Counted from the first letter of the stretch, positions 30,601 to 42,581 are shown. The stretch: DNA of 64,000 nt from an uncultured Alphaproteobacteria bacterium (GCA_902523675.1 CABZAL010000001.1:17519-81518), one strand, 5' to 3'. Notes: generated from the letters alone by a model not told the origin. Program-made: numbers and translations.

Positions 30601-30693
30601 AATGTATTTAAAATTGATATATATATAATTAAGATATTTAAATAAACAAACAATTGTTTTTTTATTTTAGGTTATTATATTAATAAATACCTT

Positions 30694-31521
30694 ATGGGAA
30701 AGAAAATTATGAAATTTTTATATATCTTAACATGTGGCTTGATACTTCCAACTCTTTTGGCAGCTCTAGGGCAACCGGAAGATTGGCAGCTTAGTTTTCA
30801 AGATCCAGCTTCACCACTAATGAGAGAACTAATTAACTTTCACGATCTTGTATTTTGGATTATCACGGCTATCACAGTTTTTGTATTTTTACTTTTAGCC
30901 TATGTCTGTTGGAAATTTAGTGCTAAGAACAATAAAAAACCCAGTAAAACAACCCATAATTCTACTTTAGAAATAGCGTGGACACTGATTCCTGTGCTTA
31001 TTTTAGTCTTTATAGCAGTTCCATCTTTTAGACTTCTTTACAAACAAAATGATTTTTCTAATATCGACATGACAGTTAAGGCAGTTGGATATACATGGTT
31101 TTGGGGTTATGAGTATCCCGATCATGATGATATAACATTTGATGCGGTAATGCTTGAGGAAGAGGAGTTAGAAGAAGGCCAACCTAGGCTACTTTCAACA
31201 GATAATGTTTTGGTTTTACCGGTAAAAAAAAATATTAAGATGCTAATCACAAGTGATCCTTCAGGAGTTATCCATTCATGGTCCGTACCTTCTTTAGGTG
31301 TTAAAATGGATGCGATACCTGGCAGGTTAAACGAAACATATTTCTACATTGAAAAACCTGGGATGTATTATGGCCAATGTTCGGAACTTTGTGGTCCAGG
31401 TCACGGGTTTATGCCAATATCAATAAAAGCTGTTACAGAAGAAGAATTTGCGGTTTGGCTGAACTATGCAAAAAAAGAGTTTGCAAGTAATAATGATTCA
31501 ATTGATTACGTTAAGAAATAA
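30694..31521 (+). CDS. ctaC: Cytochrome c oxidase subunit II (aa3-type)
   Basis: Two TM helices. CuA centre motif HSWSVPSLGVK...CSELCGPGHGFMP. Confidence 0.95.
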   Translation: MGKKIMKFLYILTCGLILPTLLAALGQPEDWQLSFQDPASPLMRELINFHDLVFWIITAITVFVFLLLAYVCWKFSAKNNKKPSKTTHNSTLEIAWTLIPVLILVFIAVPSFRLLYKQNDFSNIDMTVKAVGYTWFWGYEYPDHDDITFDAVMLEEEELEEGQPRLLSTDNVLVLPVKKNIKMLITSDPSGVIHSWSVPSLGVKMDAIPGRLNETYFYIEKPGMYYGQCSELCGPGHGFMPISIKAVTEEEFAVWLNYAKKEFASNNDSIDYVKK

Positions 31522-31529
31522 TAAATTAA

Positions 31530-33107
<1,578 letters not shown>

Positions 33108-33127
33108 ACTTATCAGATTTATAGAGC

Positions 33128-34051
33128 ATGGGTTTAGAGTATACAAAAGAAAATTTAGGGCATGATTCTTTGCCTAGTAAATCAGTAGAAAGCTCTGTTT
33201 CCGATTATATTTCTTTGTTGAAACCAAGGGTAATGACACTTGCAGTTTTTACAAGCATTTGCGGTCTCTTACTTGCTCCTGGACATTTGCATCCTTTTTT
33301 ATGTGTCACTGCTATTTTATGTATTTCAGTTGGGGCAGGCGCATCTGGTGCAATCAACATGTGGTATGACAGAGACATAGACTGTATTATGAAAAGAACT
33401 AAGGGAAGAGCAATACCAACTGGAAAAATTGATCCTAATACCGTTCTTGGCTTTGGAGTATTCTTGGCTTGTGCCTCAGTAATTATTTTAGGTTTAACTA
33501 TAAATTATTTTGCTGCGACACTTTTAGCATGTTCAATTGCCTTTTACATCTTTATTTATACAATTTGGCTAAAGAGAAAAACGCATCACAATATTGTTAT
33601 TGGGGGTGCGGCAGGCGCATTCCCCCCAATAATTGGCTGGACATGCGTAACTGAAAGTCTGTCACTTTTTCCAATTATTTTGTTTTTAATAATCTTTATA
33701 TGGACTCCTCCACATTTCTGGGCATTAGCTCTGTATAAAGATACCGAATATTCAAAGGTTGAGGTACCTATGTTGCCTGTAGTTCATGGAAAGAAAAATA
33801 CTAAATTCCAAATTCTATGTTACAGTCTCCTTTTGTTTTTAACATCGTCACTACCATTTACATTAGGATTTAGTGACCAAATTTATTTAGTCGCTTCCGT
33901 TATTTTGAATCTATTATTTGTTTTTTTCGCAATTAGACTAACTTTAAGTAACGATCGTAATAACGATATTAGAGCATCGCATCTTTTCAAGTTTTCAATT
34001 TTATACCTCTATTTAGTTTTTATTTCTTTTATAGTTGATAAATTTTTCTAA
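33128..34051 (+). CDS. ctaB: Protoheme IX farnesyltransferase (heme O synthase)
   Basis: 307 aa. UbiA-superfamily prenyltransferase with NMWYDRDID motif. Located in the cox operon. Confidence 0.9.
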   Translation: MGLEYTKENLGHDSLPSKSVESSVSDYISLLKPRVMTLAVFTSICGLLLAPGHLHPFLCVTAILCISVGAGASGAINMWYDRDIDCIMKRTKGRAIPTGKIDPNTVLGFGVFLACASVIILGLTINYFAATLLACSIAFYIFIYTIWLKRKTHHNIVIGGAAGAFPPIIGWTCVTESLSLFPIILFLIIFIWTPPHFWALALYKDTEYSKVEVPMLPVVHGKKNTKFQILCYSLLLFLTSSLPFTLGFSDQIYLVASVILNLLFVFFAIRLTLSNDRNNDIRASHLFKFSILYLYLVFISFIVDKFF

Positions 34052-34143
34052 TGAATAATAAGAAAAAAAAAAATATTGCTCTTGGTTTAGCTCTTTTTTC
34101 TCTAGTTGTAATATTTTATGTAGTAACAATAATAAAAATGTAA
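34051..34143 (+). CDS. Small single-TM peptide between ctaB and ctaG (coxF-like position)
   Basis: 30-codon ORF MNNKKKKNIALGLALFSLVVIFYVVTIIKM. Its ATG overlaps the ctaB stop as TAATG and it ends 4 nt before ctaG. Below the ORF-track size cut-off. Bradyrhizobium coxBAEFGC has a comparable small ORF at this position. Confidence 0.35.
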   Translation: MNNKKKKNIALGLALFSLVVIFYVVTIIKM

Positions 34144-34147
34144 ATTA

Positions 34148-34678
34148 ATGAATATTTCTAAAATTAAAAAACAGGCAATTCTACTTTCGTTATTTGTATT
34201 CTTGATGCTTGGGCTTAGTTATGCATCAGTCCCATTGTATGACTTATTTTGCAGAGTAACTGGTTACGGAGGTACGCCAATGGTTGCAGAAACTGAAAAT
34301 GAGGACATTGTTCAACAAGAAATTATTGTTAGACTTGATTCATCAATAAAAAAAAACTCACCATTATTTTTTGAACCCACTAAAAAATCTGTAAAAACTA
34401 AAATTGGAAAAAATAATTTAGTTTTTTTTAAGGCAATCAACCGCTCTCAAAATAAGGTGGTTGGTACCGCAACATTTAATGTCACACCTTTAATTGCAGC
34501 AAAATATTTTAATAAAGTTGAATGTTTTTGTTTTGAAGAACAATTATTTTCCGCAGGAGAAGAAGTTGAAATGCCGGTTTCTTTTTTTATAGACCCTGAT
34601 ATAATGGAAGATAAAACCTTAAATGGGATTAATGAGATGACACTATCTTACACAATGTATTTAAAAAATACTAATTAG
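34148..34678 (+). CDS. ctaG: Cytochrome c oxidase assembly protein CtaG/Cox11 (copper insertion)
   Basis: 176 aa. N-terminal TM and conserved CFCF copper-binding motif (VECFCFEEQ). Confidence 0.9.
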   Translation: MNISKIKKQAILLSLFVFLMLGLSYASVPLYDLFCRVTGYGGTPMVAETENEDIVQQEIIVRLDSSIKKNSPLFFEPTKKSVKTKIGKNNLVFFKAINRSQNKVVGTATFNVTPLIAAKYFNKVECFCFEEQLFSAGEEVEMPVSFFIDPDIMEDKTLNGINEMTLSYTMYLKNTN

Positions 34679-34688
34679 AAAGGTTGCT

Positions 34689-35510
34689 ATGAGCGCAGAT
34701 CAAAAACATCCATACCACTTAGTTGACCCTAGTCCATGGCCTTTAGTCACAGCTTTTTCAGCCTTACTGATGGCTTGGGGAGGGATAGTCTACATGCATG
34801 AAGAAAAATCACTTATTTTTTTGTTAGGATCTCTAGCAGTAGTATTATCAAGTGTTTTTTGGTGGAGAGATGTTGTTAAAGAATCTCGTACTGGGATCTA
34901 CCATAATAAAGTTGTGCAGATTGGTTTGCGTTATGGAATGCTTTTATTTATTGCCTCTGAAGTTATGTTTTTTGCAGCTTGGTTTTGGGCTTTTTTTGAT
35001 GTGGCTTTATATCCTGGTGTTGATAGTCCTGAATTGACTGGAAGAATGGAAGCAATCAATGGTATTTTTCCTCCAGAAGAAATTAATTTAATCAATCCAT
35101 TTGGCATTCCACTTCTCAATACTGTAATTTTACTAACATCGGGGGTAACAATAACTTGGGCTCATCATGCATTGAAAGTTGGTAATAAAAAAAACTTTTT
35201 AATTTTTTTATTGCTAACTGTAATTTTAGGTGCAATTTTTACTGGGTTTCAAGCTTATGAATATATGGTTGCCGAATTTTCCATAGATGAAGGAATTTAT
35301 CCATCTACATTCTACATGGCAACTGGATTTCATGGTGCTCATGTACTGATAGGATCAATTTTTTTACTAGTATGTTTTTTTAGAGGATTAGGAGATCACT
35401 TCCAGCCAGATAAGCATTTAGGTTTTGAATTTGCTGCTTGGTATTGGCATTTTGTTGATGTAGTTTGGTTATTTTTATTCGCTTTTGTTTACTGGTGGGC
35501 ATCAGTATAG
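34689..35510 (+). CDS. ctaE: Cytochrome c oxidase subunit III
   Basis: 273 aa, seven TM. Conserved HPYHLV N-terminus and GFHGAHV motif. Confidence 0.95.
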   Translation: MSADQKHPYHLVDPSPWPLVTAFSALLMAWGGIVYMHEEKSLIFLLGSLAVVLSSVFWWRDVVKESRTGIYHNKVVQIGLRYGMLLFIASEVMFFAAWFWAFFDVALYPGVDSPELTGRMEAINGIFPPEEINLINPFGIPLLNTVILLTSGVTITWAHHALKVGNKKNFLIFLLLTVILGAIFTGFQAYEYMVAEFSIDEGIYPSTFYMATGFHGAHVLIGSIFLLVCFFRGLGDHFQPDKHLGFEFAAWYWHFVDVVWLFLFAFVYWWASV

Positions 35511-35519
35511 TCATAAGCA

Positions 35520-36242
35520 ATGAAGTTCAGATTATTTGGTATAAAACTATCATATAAACCGAAGTTGGTTCCCTCAATTGCCACACTTTTAGGTTTAGCT
35601 ATCCTTCTAACATTATCGGGTTGGCAAATTCATAGGTTAAAATGGAAAGAGAACCTGATAAGTGAAAGAATAAACAGATTTGAGGGAGAATCCTCTGATT
35701 TAAAAAACTACAAAATTCCAAGTAATAACGAATTTAGAAAAGTAAGAATCAACGGAAAGTTTTTGAATGATAAAGAGATGTTTATGCCAGCTTTGAGTAA
35801 AAATGGTAATAACGGATTTCATATTCTCGTACCGTTTAGTGATGAAAAAGAAAATTTTTTTATTTTTGATACCGGTTGGGTTCCTTCACAAAAAAAAAAT
35901 CAACCCATGAGAATCAATAACTTAGATAACTCTTTTTCTATAAAAGAAGCCGTTATAAGGTTACCAGGTAGAAAGGGAAAATATCAACCTGATAATGAGC
36001 CCAATAATAATTTTTGGTTTTTTGTTGACACTGCAGAAATGTCTAAATTTACAGGACTAAATTTTGAGAAATCTTTTTATCTTGAGGCTGTAAACAATGG
36101 ACCAAATGGTTTTCCTTTGGGTAGTCAGACTCGAATATATATAAGAAACAATCATCTCCAATATGCAATTACATGGTTTTTGATTGCTTGTGGTCTTTTA
36201 GGTGTATATTTAACATCAAGTTTAAGTATTACCAAAAGATAA
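35520..36242 (+). CDS. SURF1 family cytochrome oxidase biogenesis protein
   Basis: 240 aa. N- and C-terminal TM helices flank a periplasmic domain. NHLQYAITWF motif at the C-terminus is typical of SURF1. Confidence 0.8.
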   Translation: MKFRLFGIKLSYKPKLVPSIATLLGLAILLTLSGWQIHRLKWKENLISERINRFEGESSDLKNYKIPSNNEFRKVRINGKFLNDKEMFMPALSKNGNNGFHILVPFSDEKENFFIFDTGWVPSQKKNQPMRINNLDNSFSIKEAVIRLPGRKGKYQPDNEPNNNFWFFVDTAEMSKFTGLNFEKSFYLEAVNNGPNGFPLGSQTRIYIRNNHLQYAITWFLIACGLLGVYLTSSLSITKR

Positions 36243-37621
36243 TGCTTTATTCATCTACAAGAGGAAAAGATAAAAACGTAAAGTTTGATGATGTACTTAT
36301 TAATGGTTTGGCAAAAGATGGAGGTCTTTATGTTCCAAACAAATTCAAGTATTTCGATCAAAAAAAAATTTTAAGTTTCAAAGACTTAAAATATTATGAA
36401 TTAGCTTATACAATTACATATGACTTTGTTAAGGATTCCATTTCACCACAAGATTATTTAAAAATATGCCAAAAAACATACGAAGGTTTTTCTGAAGATA
36501 AAATATTATCTCATACTAAATTGGATGATAATGAGCTTATATTGAATCTATTTCACGGTCCAACTTTGGCATTTAAGGACTTTGCTTTACAATTGTTGGG
36601 TAACATATACGATTTCTTTCTTAAGAAGATGAAAACTCAACTCACAGTTATTGGAGCTACATCAGGTGATACCGGATCTGCGGCTATTGAAGGTTGTTCT
36701 AAATCTGAGTTAATAAAAATATTTATTTTATTTCCTCATGAAAAAGTTAGTGAGATACAGAGGAGGCAAATGACTACGTTTAAAAAAAAAAACGTTTTTA
36801 ATATTGCTATTAGAGGTGACTTTGACGATTGTCAAAATTTAGTGAAATCATTATTTGAAAGAAATAATAAAAAAAAAATATTTAATTTTGCCGCTGTTAA
36901 TTCTATTAATTGGGTAAGAATAATGGGCCAAATTGTATATTATTTCTGGTCATATTTAAACAATTATGATTACAAAAAAAAAGTAAATTTTGTTGTTCCA
37001 ACAGGTAATTTTGGAAATATATATGCTGGATATGTAGCGAAAAAAATGGGTCTTCCTATAAATAAACTTGTTGTCGCCTCGAATGCCAATGATGTATTAA
37101 CCAGATTCTACAAAACAGGCCTAATGTCAAAGAAGAGAACGATAAAAACATTAAGTCCAAGTATGGACATTCAAATTTCAAGTAATTTTGAAAGACTTTT
37201 ATTTGACTTTAGTGAAAATATGAATATCACAGAACTCTTTAATAACCTTAAGAAAAACGGCAGTTTTTTAGTAAATGATAAGAAGCTTGATGAAATTAAA
37301 AATTTTTTTTACTTTGGAAGTGTCTCGGATATAGATACTATTAACACAATTAAACAAATATTTAATGATCATAAGATTGTAATTGATCCTCACACGGCCG
37401 TTGGAATAAGTTTAGGGAGGTCGATTTTAGGCTCAAAAAATTTAAATACTTATTTAGCAACTGCTCATTATGGAAAATTTATTGACACTATTAATGAATC
37501 ATTAAATAGAAAAGTAGATTTACCAAAAAGATTAAAAAGTCTTAACCAAAAAGATGAAAAATTCAAAGTTATTGAAAATAACTTAGATTTAATTGAAAAC
37601 TATATAAGTGAGAACATATAG
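36242..37621 (+). CDS. thrC: Threonine synthase
   Basis: Start at MLYSSTRG (TAATG coupling with surf1). PLP-enzyme blocks (FHGPTLAFKDFALQ, GATSGDTGSA). The track ORF begins upstream at 36173. Confidence 0.9.
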   Translation: MLYSSTRGKDKNVKFDDVLINGLAKDGGLYVPNKFKYFDQKKILSFKDLKYYELAYTITYDFVKDSISPQDYLKICQKTYEGFSEDKILSHTKLDDNELILNLFHGPTLAFKDFALQLLGNIYDFFLKKMKTQLTVIGATSGDTGSAAIEGCSKSELIKIFILFPHEKVSEIQRRQMTTFKKKNVFNIAIRGDFDDCQNLVKSLFERNNKKKIFNFAAVNSINWVRIMGQIVYYFWSYLNNYDYKKKVNFVVPTGNFGNIYAGYVAKKMGLPINKLVVASNANDVLTRFYKTGLMSKKRTIKTLSPSMDIQISSNFERLLFDFSENMNITELFNNLKKNGSFLVNDKKLDEIKNFFYFGSVSDIDTINTIKQIFNDHKIVIDPHTAVGISLGRSILGSKNLNTYLATAHYGKFIDTINESLNRKVDLPKRLKSLNQKDEKFKVIENNLDLIENYISENI

Positions 37622-37626
37622 TCTAA

Positions 37627-37645
37627 ATTCAGGCATTTCCTGAAT
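37627..37645. terminator. Short inverted repeat (7-bp stem ATTCAGG/CCTGAAT, 5-nt loop) at the convergent thrC/yqgE junction
   Basis: Seen directly in the sequence. No clear U-tract, so this is at best a weak bidirectional terminator or RNase site. Confidence 0.15.
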
Positions 37646-38246
37646 AAAAAGAAAATTTTGTAAAATCTATTCCAGTATTCTTTATTGCGTGATCCCATCT
37701 TTTTTCAACATCAATATCAAAAATTAAATCTAATTTTTCATTCATTTTTATCCAGCTATTGTCTATAAATTCTTTTTCTAATTGACCTGGCCCCCATCCA
37801 GCATATCCTAATGAAATGAAAAACTTTCTGGGACCGTTATTTTCTGCAATATCCTCAAAAATTTTCGTCGAGCAACTAAGATTAATTCGTTTGGAGATTT
37901 TTATCGTATCTTTAGTTTTATATTCTTTAGTGTGTAAAATGAATCCATTGTTTTGACTCATAGGACCGCCAATATGTAAAGAAAATTCTTTTGGATTTGG
38001 TATACTGATATCTAACTGTTGAAATAAATCCTTACTATTAACGTTCATAATCTTATAATTAAGTACTATTCCTATTGCTCCGCTTTTGTTGTGGTGAGTG
38101 ATATATATTATACTTTTTGAAAAAAAAATATCCTTTAATTGTGGAAGTGCACAGATTATATTACCAGAAAGGTATTTTGACTTACTCATTAATAAATTAT
38201 GGCAAAATATTGACTTTTTTTCAAACAGAACATGACATGAAATCAA
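37629..38246 (-). CDS. YqgE/AlgH family protein (UPF0301)
   Basis: GGPMSQNNGFILH and GYAGWGPGQLE blocks are characteristic of YqgE/AlgH. The true start is probably an internal Met near 38189. Confidence 0.8.
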   Translation of the reverse strand: MISCHVLFEKKSIFCHNLLMSKSKYLSGNIICALPQLKDIFFSKSIIYITHHNKSGAIGIVLNYKIMNVNSKDLFQQLDISIPNPKEFSLHIGGPMSQNNGFILHTKEYKTKDTIKISKRINLSCSTKIFEDIAENNGPRKFFISLGYAGWGPGQLEKEFIDNSWIKMNEKLDLIFDIDVEKRWDHAIKNTGIDFTKFSFYSGNA

Positions 38247-40216
38247 TTTTTTATTTTTTCTTTATTCTTTTATGCTTCAATAAGTTGCATTCTTATGATG
38301 AGGATTTTTCATTTCAAGATCATAGTAATTTAATTCTACTTAATGACAGTAAATTAATAAAGTTTGAAGGTGACTATTTTTTAGGAATAAAAATTAATCT
38401 TAAAGATAAATGGAAAACATACTGGAAAAACCCAGGGGATTCAGGAGCACCAATACAAGTGACCTTAAAAACCGAAGATTCAGAAAATATTTTAAAAGAA
38501 TTATTATTTCCTGTTCCAAATAGATATTTTGAATCACAAATTGAAACATTAGGTTATGAAAAACAAGTAGTATTTTTAGCTAAAATAATTAAGTTTGACG
38601 ACTCAAATATCCATAAAACTATACTTAAAATTGATTATTTGGTCTGTAAGGAGATTTGCATACCTGTTACGGTATCGAAAGAACTAAATCTAGATTTTAA
38701 AAAAGCTGAGTCTGGGTTGTTGAATGAAGATTTTTTTAATGCTTTTAAAAAAATTCCTGACAAAAACAATAAAGTTTTTAAAATAATTAAAATTGATCAA
38801 AAAAATAGTAAAGAATTTATTGTTTATATAGAAACTAATAGGACTTTAGAACAAAAAAAATTAGGTATATTTAATTATTCTCCAGATTTATCATTAAAGA
38901 ATACTCATTCACTTTCAGATGACTTGATCAGAGTGAATTTAAAATCTGATGAGATAATCTCATCTAATAATAAAGTTGAGCTCTTAATAACTAATGGAGT
39001 TGTGGCAGAGGAATTAATGTTTAATTTTGAAAAATTCAATTTTGAAATTCCTTTATTGAAAATGATGATTTTTGCATTTTTAGGGGGGATTATTCTAAAT
39101 TTTATGCCATGTGTGTTACCCATTATCTCAATAAAAGTTTTTTCTTACTTGAAATTAATAGGCAAAAATAAAAATAGAATACAAAAAGAAATAGTGTCAA
39201 CAATATTTGGTATTATATTTTCTTTTTTTTTAATTTCACTCATTACTGTTATTTTAAAGAATCTTGGTAATGAAGTAGGCTGGGGTTTACAATTTCAAAA
39301 TTTTTATTTTCTCAGTTTTTTCTCCATATTACTTTTCTTTTTTTCTTTGAATCTTCTTGGATATTTTGAGTTTATAATTCCCAGTACCTTTATTAACAAG
39401 TTAAACTTTAAAAATGATAATTATTATATTAATTCATTTTTAACCGGTTTTTTTGCAACACTTCTCGCAACACCTTGTACTGCTCCATTTTTAGGTACTT
39501 CTGTGGGTTTTGCACTTACTCAAGATAATTATACAATATTTTTAATTTTCTTGTTTTTATCTTTGGGTTTTTCTCTTCCATATTTTTTGCTTCTTTTTTT
39601 TCCAAAAACCTTATTGTTTTTACCTAAACCAGGCTTATGGTTGATTTTTTTTAAAAAAATTCTTGGCTTTTTGGTTTTGCTTACTTCAGTGTGGTTTTTT
39701 TATCTTCTAAAATTTAATATTTCCATTTTGCTTTTGTTCTCTTTTTTAATTTTATCCTTATCTTTTTTTATTGAGAAAGGTTCATCTATTGTAAAAAAAA
39801 TGTTTTTGATCTCATTCTGTATAATTCCAATAATCCTGTTATCCTTTTTTTTTGATAAAAATGAAAACCCTAAAATCTGGACTGCATTCAATGAAAATGC
39901 ACTTCAATCTTCTATTAACGATAATAATATAGTATTTGTAGACATAACTGCTGATTGGTGTGTAACCTGTCAAACAAATAAGATTTTTGTCTTAAATTCA
40001 AAGAAAGTTGTTAATATTTTAAATGAAGAAAGTGTTATACTTTATAGAGGTGATTGGACTTACAAAAACCAAAAAATTTTAGCTTATCTAAATAAGCACA
40101 AAAGATCAGGAATACCCTTTAATATTGTTTATGGTCCATCTAATCCTGATGGATATATACTCCCTGAAATTTTAACAAAAGAAACTATGATTGAAGCTAT
40201 AAAATTGGTAAAGTAA
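38237..40216 (+). CDS. dsbD: Thiol:disulfide interchange protein DsbD
   Basis: N-terminal periplasmic domain. Central multi-TM core with paired Cys (FMPCVLP ... ATPCTAPF). C-terminal thioredoxin fold with CVTC. Start placed at MKSIFYFF (38237). Confidence 0.8.
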   Translation: MKSIFYFFFILLCFNKLHSYDEDFSFQDHSNLILLNDSKLIKFEGDYFLGIKINLKDKWKTYWKNPGDSGAPIQVTLKTEDSENILKELLFPVPNRYFESQIETLGYEKQVVFLAKIIKFDDSNIHKTILKIDYLVCKEICIPVTVSKELNLDFKKAESGLLNEDFFNAFKKIPDKNNKVFKIIKIDQKNSKEFIVYIETNRTLEQKKLGIFNYSPDLSLKNTHSLSDDLIRVNLKSDEIISSNNKVELLITNGVVAEELMFNFEKFNFEIPLLKMMIFAFLGGIILNFMPCVLPIISIKVFSYLKLIGKNKNRIQKEIVSTIFGIIFSFFLISLITVILKNLGNEVGWGLQFQNFYFLSFFSILLFFFSLNLLGYFEFIIPSTFINKLNFKNDNYYINSFLTGFFATLLATPCTAPFLGTSVGFALTQDNYTIFLIFLFLSLGFSLPYFLLLFFPKTLLFLPKPGLWLIFFKKILGFLVLLTSVWFFYLLKFNISILLLFSFLILSLSFFIEKGSSIVKKMFLISFCIIPIILLSFFFDKNENPKIWTAFNENALQSSINDNNIVFVDITADWCVTCQTNKIFVLNSKKVVNILNEESVILYRGDWTYKNQKILAYLNKHKRSGIPFNIVYGPSNPDGYILPEILTKETMIEAIKLVK

Positions 40217-40219
40217 AAT

Positions 40220-40699
40220 ATGAAAATTAAAGAAAATGATATGTTACCTGAGGTAAGTTTTTTTTATTTGACAAATAATGGACCTAAAAGTATTTCAACT
40301 TCAGAGCTTTTCAAAAATAAAAAAATTCTACTTGTTGGAGTTCCAGGAGCTTTTACCCCTACTTGCTCTTTAGAACATCTTCCTGGTTTTATTGAAAATA
40401 AAAGTATATTTTACTCCAGGGGCATCGACAAAATAATATTTGTTTCAGTTAATGACCCTTTTGTAATTTCTGAATGGGCAAAATCTAAAAACGAGACAGA
40501 TATTCAATTTATTGGTGATCCTAATGGAGACTTCGTTAAACAAACAGGTTTAATAATTGATTTGTCAGTTATTGGTCTAGGCACAAGATTATCAAGGTTT
40601 GCAATGGTTGTAGATAATATGAGAATATTATTACTTTTAGATGAAGATGGTGGTGATTTAAAACTTAGCACTGCCGAAAAGGTTTTGGAATCTATTTAA
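40220..40699 (+). CDS. Peroxiredoxin, Prx5-like (AhpC/TSA family)
   Basis: 159 aa. Peroxidatic Cys motif GVPGAFTPTCS. Confidence 0.85.
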   Translation: MKIKENDMLPEVSFFYLTNNGPKSISTSELFKNKKILLVGVPGAFTPTCSLEHLPGFIENKSIFYSRGIDKIIFVSVNDPFVISEWAKSKNETDIQFIGDPNGDFVKQTGLIIDLSVIGLGTRLSRFAMVVDNMRILLLLDEDGGDLKLSTAEKVLESI

Positions 40700-41144
40700 A
40701 TTTTAATGCCTCTCCATGTGCAATTTTGTCTACTTTTTCATTATACTCGTCTCCACTATGGCCTTTCACCCAATGCCAATTAATATTTAAATTAGTATTA
40801 TAAAAATCAATTTTTTTCCATAACTCACAGTTTTTAACAGGCTTATTATTACTTGTTCGCCATTCATTATTTTTCCAATTATTTATCCAATTTGATATCC
40901 CGTTTATTACATACTTACTATCAGTATATAAATTAATAACAGCTTCGTTTGTTGCTTTTTTTAATGCTTCGATTACTGCAAACATCTCCATCCTATTATT
41001 TGTAGTCTCTTTTGAACCACCGGAGATAATTTTTTCACGTTTATTGATTATAATTATTGCTCCCCAACCACCAGCCCCTGGATTACCTAGGCACGCACCG
41101 TCAGTATAAATTATAATTTCTCTATCATTTTCCATATGCTTCAA
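40692..41144 (-). CDS. rnhA: Ribonuclease HI
   Basis: IIYTDGACLGNPGAGGWGA, TNNRMEMFAVIEAL and HSGDEYNEKVD catalytic DEDD blocks. Confidence 0.9.
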   Translation of the reverse strand: MKHMENDREIIIYTDGACLGNPGAGGWGAIIIINKREKIISGGSKETTNNRMEMFAVIEALKKATNEAVINLYTDSKYVINGISNWINNWKNNEWRTSNNKPVKNCELWKKIDFYNTNLNINWHWVKGHSGDEYNEKVDKIAHGEALKFK

Positions 41145-42084
41145 AGCTCTTAATTGATTGATGAAATTTTAGCTTTAAAAAATATTCTTTTGGATCTTTT
41201 ATAATCACGTTACTTTCTTTTTTAAAATTTAATTTATCAAATATTCTTGTCATTAAAAATCTGACTGACGCACCTCTAAGAAAAATATTAAGCATTTTTT
41301 TTTCCTGATTAGTCAACTTTCTATGAGTTTCGTATCCCTTTAAAATTGAAAGAAACTTTTGTTTATCTAATTCATTATTTTTAAAAGCCCAAGCATTTAA
41401 AAGTATTGCAAGATCATATATTAAAAAATCATAACAAGAGAAATAAAAATCAATTATTCCTGATATTTTTCCTTTATCGAATAGAACGTTATCAGGAAAC
41501 AAATCTGCATGAATTAATCCCTTTGGTAGACTAGCTATCTTCCATTTTTTTTTAAGATAGTTAATTTCTTTAAGGATTATATTTTGTGAATCAGGTAGAA
41601 TTAAATTAATTTTTTTGAGACATTTATTATACAAATTTTCCCAGCATTCAATGCTAAAATTGTTTTTTTTTTTTTTTAAATATCGATAGTTTCCTGTGTG
41701 AAATTTAGCTAAAATTTTTCCAACGTCAAAGCAATTTATTTCCTCCCAGGTTTTTAAACATTTACCATTTATAAAGCTAAAAATTGCAGCTTTTTTGTTG
41801 TGAATATTAAATGTTGTATTTTGATCGGTTCTGTACAATACGGTAGGACAGTTAATATTTTTTTCATAAGTACTCTGCATCAGCTGAAAATAAAATGGCA
41901 AATCATTTTTTTTCACTCTTTTTTCAAAAATAGTTAAAATATACTTATTAATATCAGTTATAATTAAATAGTTGGTATTTTCAATTCCCTCTTTAATACC
42001 TTTAAACTTTATGAGATTACCAATATTGTATTTTTTAAGTATGTGCTTGATATCACTTTTACTAAGAATTGAATGTACAGCCAT
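41125..42084 (-). CDS. thrB: Homoserine kinase, type II (aminoglycoside phosphotransferase fold)
   Basis: 319 aa. APH-like kinase motifs (LIHADLFPDNVLF, IIDFYFSCYD). thrB-rnhA adjacency is conserved in alphaproteobacteria. Confidence 0.7.
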   Translation of the reverse strand: MAVHSILSKSDIKHILKKYNIGNLIKFKGIKEGIENTNYLIITDINKYILTIFEKRVKKNDLPFYFQLMQSTYEKNINCPTVLYRTDQNTTFNIHNKKAAIFSFINGKCLKTWEEINCFDVGKILAKFHTGNYRYLKKKKNNFSIECWENLYNKCLKKINLILPDSQNIILKEINYLKKKWKIASLPKGLIHADLFPDNVLFDKGKISGIIDFYFSCYDFLIYDLAILLNAWAFKNNELDKQKFLSILKGYETHRKLTNQEKKMLNIFLRGASVRFLMTRIFDKLNFKKESNVIIKDPKEYFLKLKFHQSIKSFEAYGK

Positions 42085-42089
42085 AAAAA

Positions 42090-42581
42090 CTATAAATCTA
42101 TTTTAGATTTTATATTTTCAATAGAAGTTTCAATTATCAAATTATTTTTTTTCGGATCTAAGTTCTTTTTAATTCTTTTTTCTGTAACATGGATAGCATT
42201 TTTAATTATTTCATCAGATACTTCCTTTTCAAATCTATCATTAAGTTGTTTTACTCTTTGATCAAATAATTTATTTTTTTTATTGGTAATATCTTCAACC
42301 CGTTCTGAAAACTTTTTTTCAATACTTTCAGAGTCTTTATCTGCTTTTTTGAACATATTTTCTATATCTTTTTTTACACTGTATTGTTTTATTTCGCATT
42401 CCTCCAAAACTTTTGATGCCTCTGTCATAAGTTTTTCTGAATCTTCAATTTCTTTTTTGACATTCTTTATTCTTTCTTCCAAAAGTTCAGCTAAACCTTT
42501 TGAAGCAGGTTTAATTATTAAAGCTAAAAAAATTATAAATGAAATACTTACCCACAATGTTGAATTATCTAAAACATTCAT
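42090..42581 (-). CDS. atpF: ATP synthase F0 subunit b
   Basis: 163 aa. Single N-terminal TM then a long charged coiled coil. Last gene of the F0 operon. Confidence 0.8.
   Translation of the reverse strand: MNVLDNSTLWVSISFIIFLALIIKPASKGLAELLEERIKNVKKEIEDSEKLMTEASKVLEECEIKQYSVKKDIENMFKKADKDSESIEKKFSERVEDITNKKNKLFDQRVKQLNDRFEKEVSDEIIKNAIHVTEKRIKKNLDPKKNNLIIETSIENIKSKIDL

Noticed and set aside
30601-30693. Possible regulatory RNA or riboswitch in the 93-nt leader upstream of ctaC
   Set aside because: The sequence is simply AT-rich with promoter-like TATA-rich stretches. No conserved riboswitch motif or stable structure was recognisable by eye.
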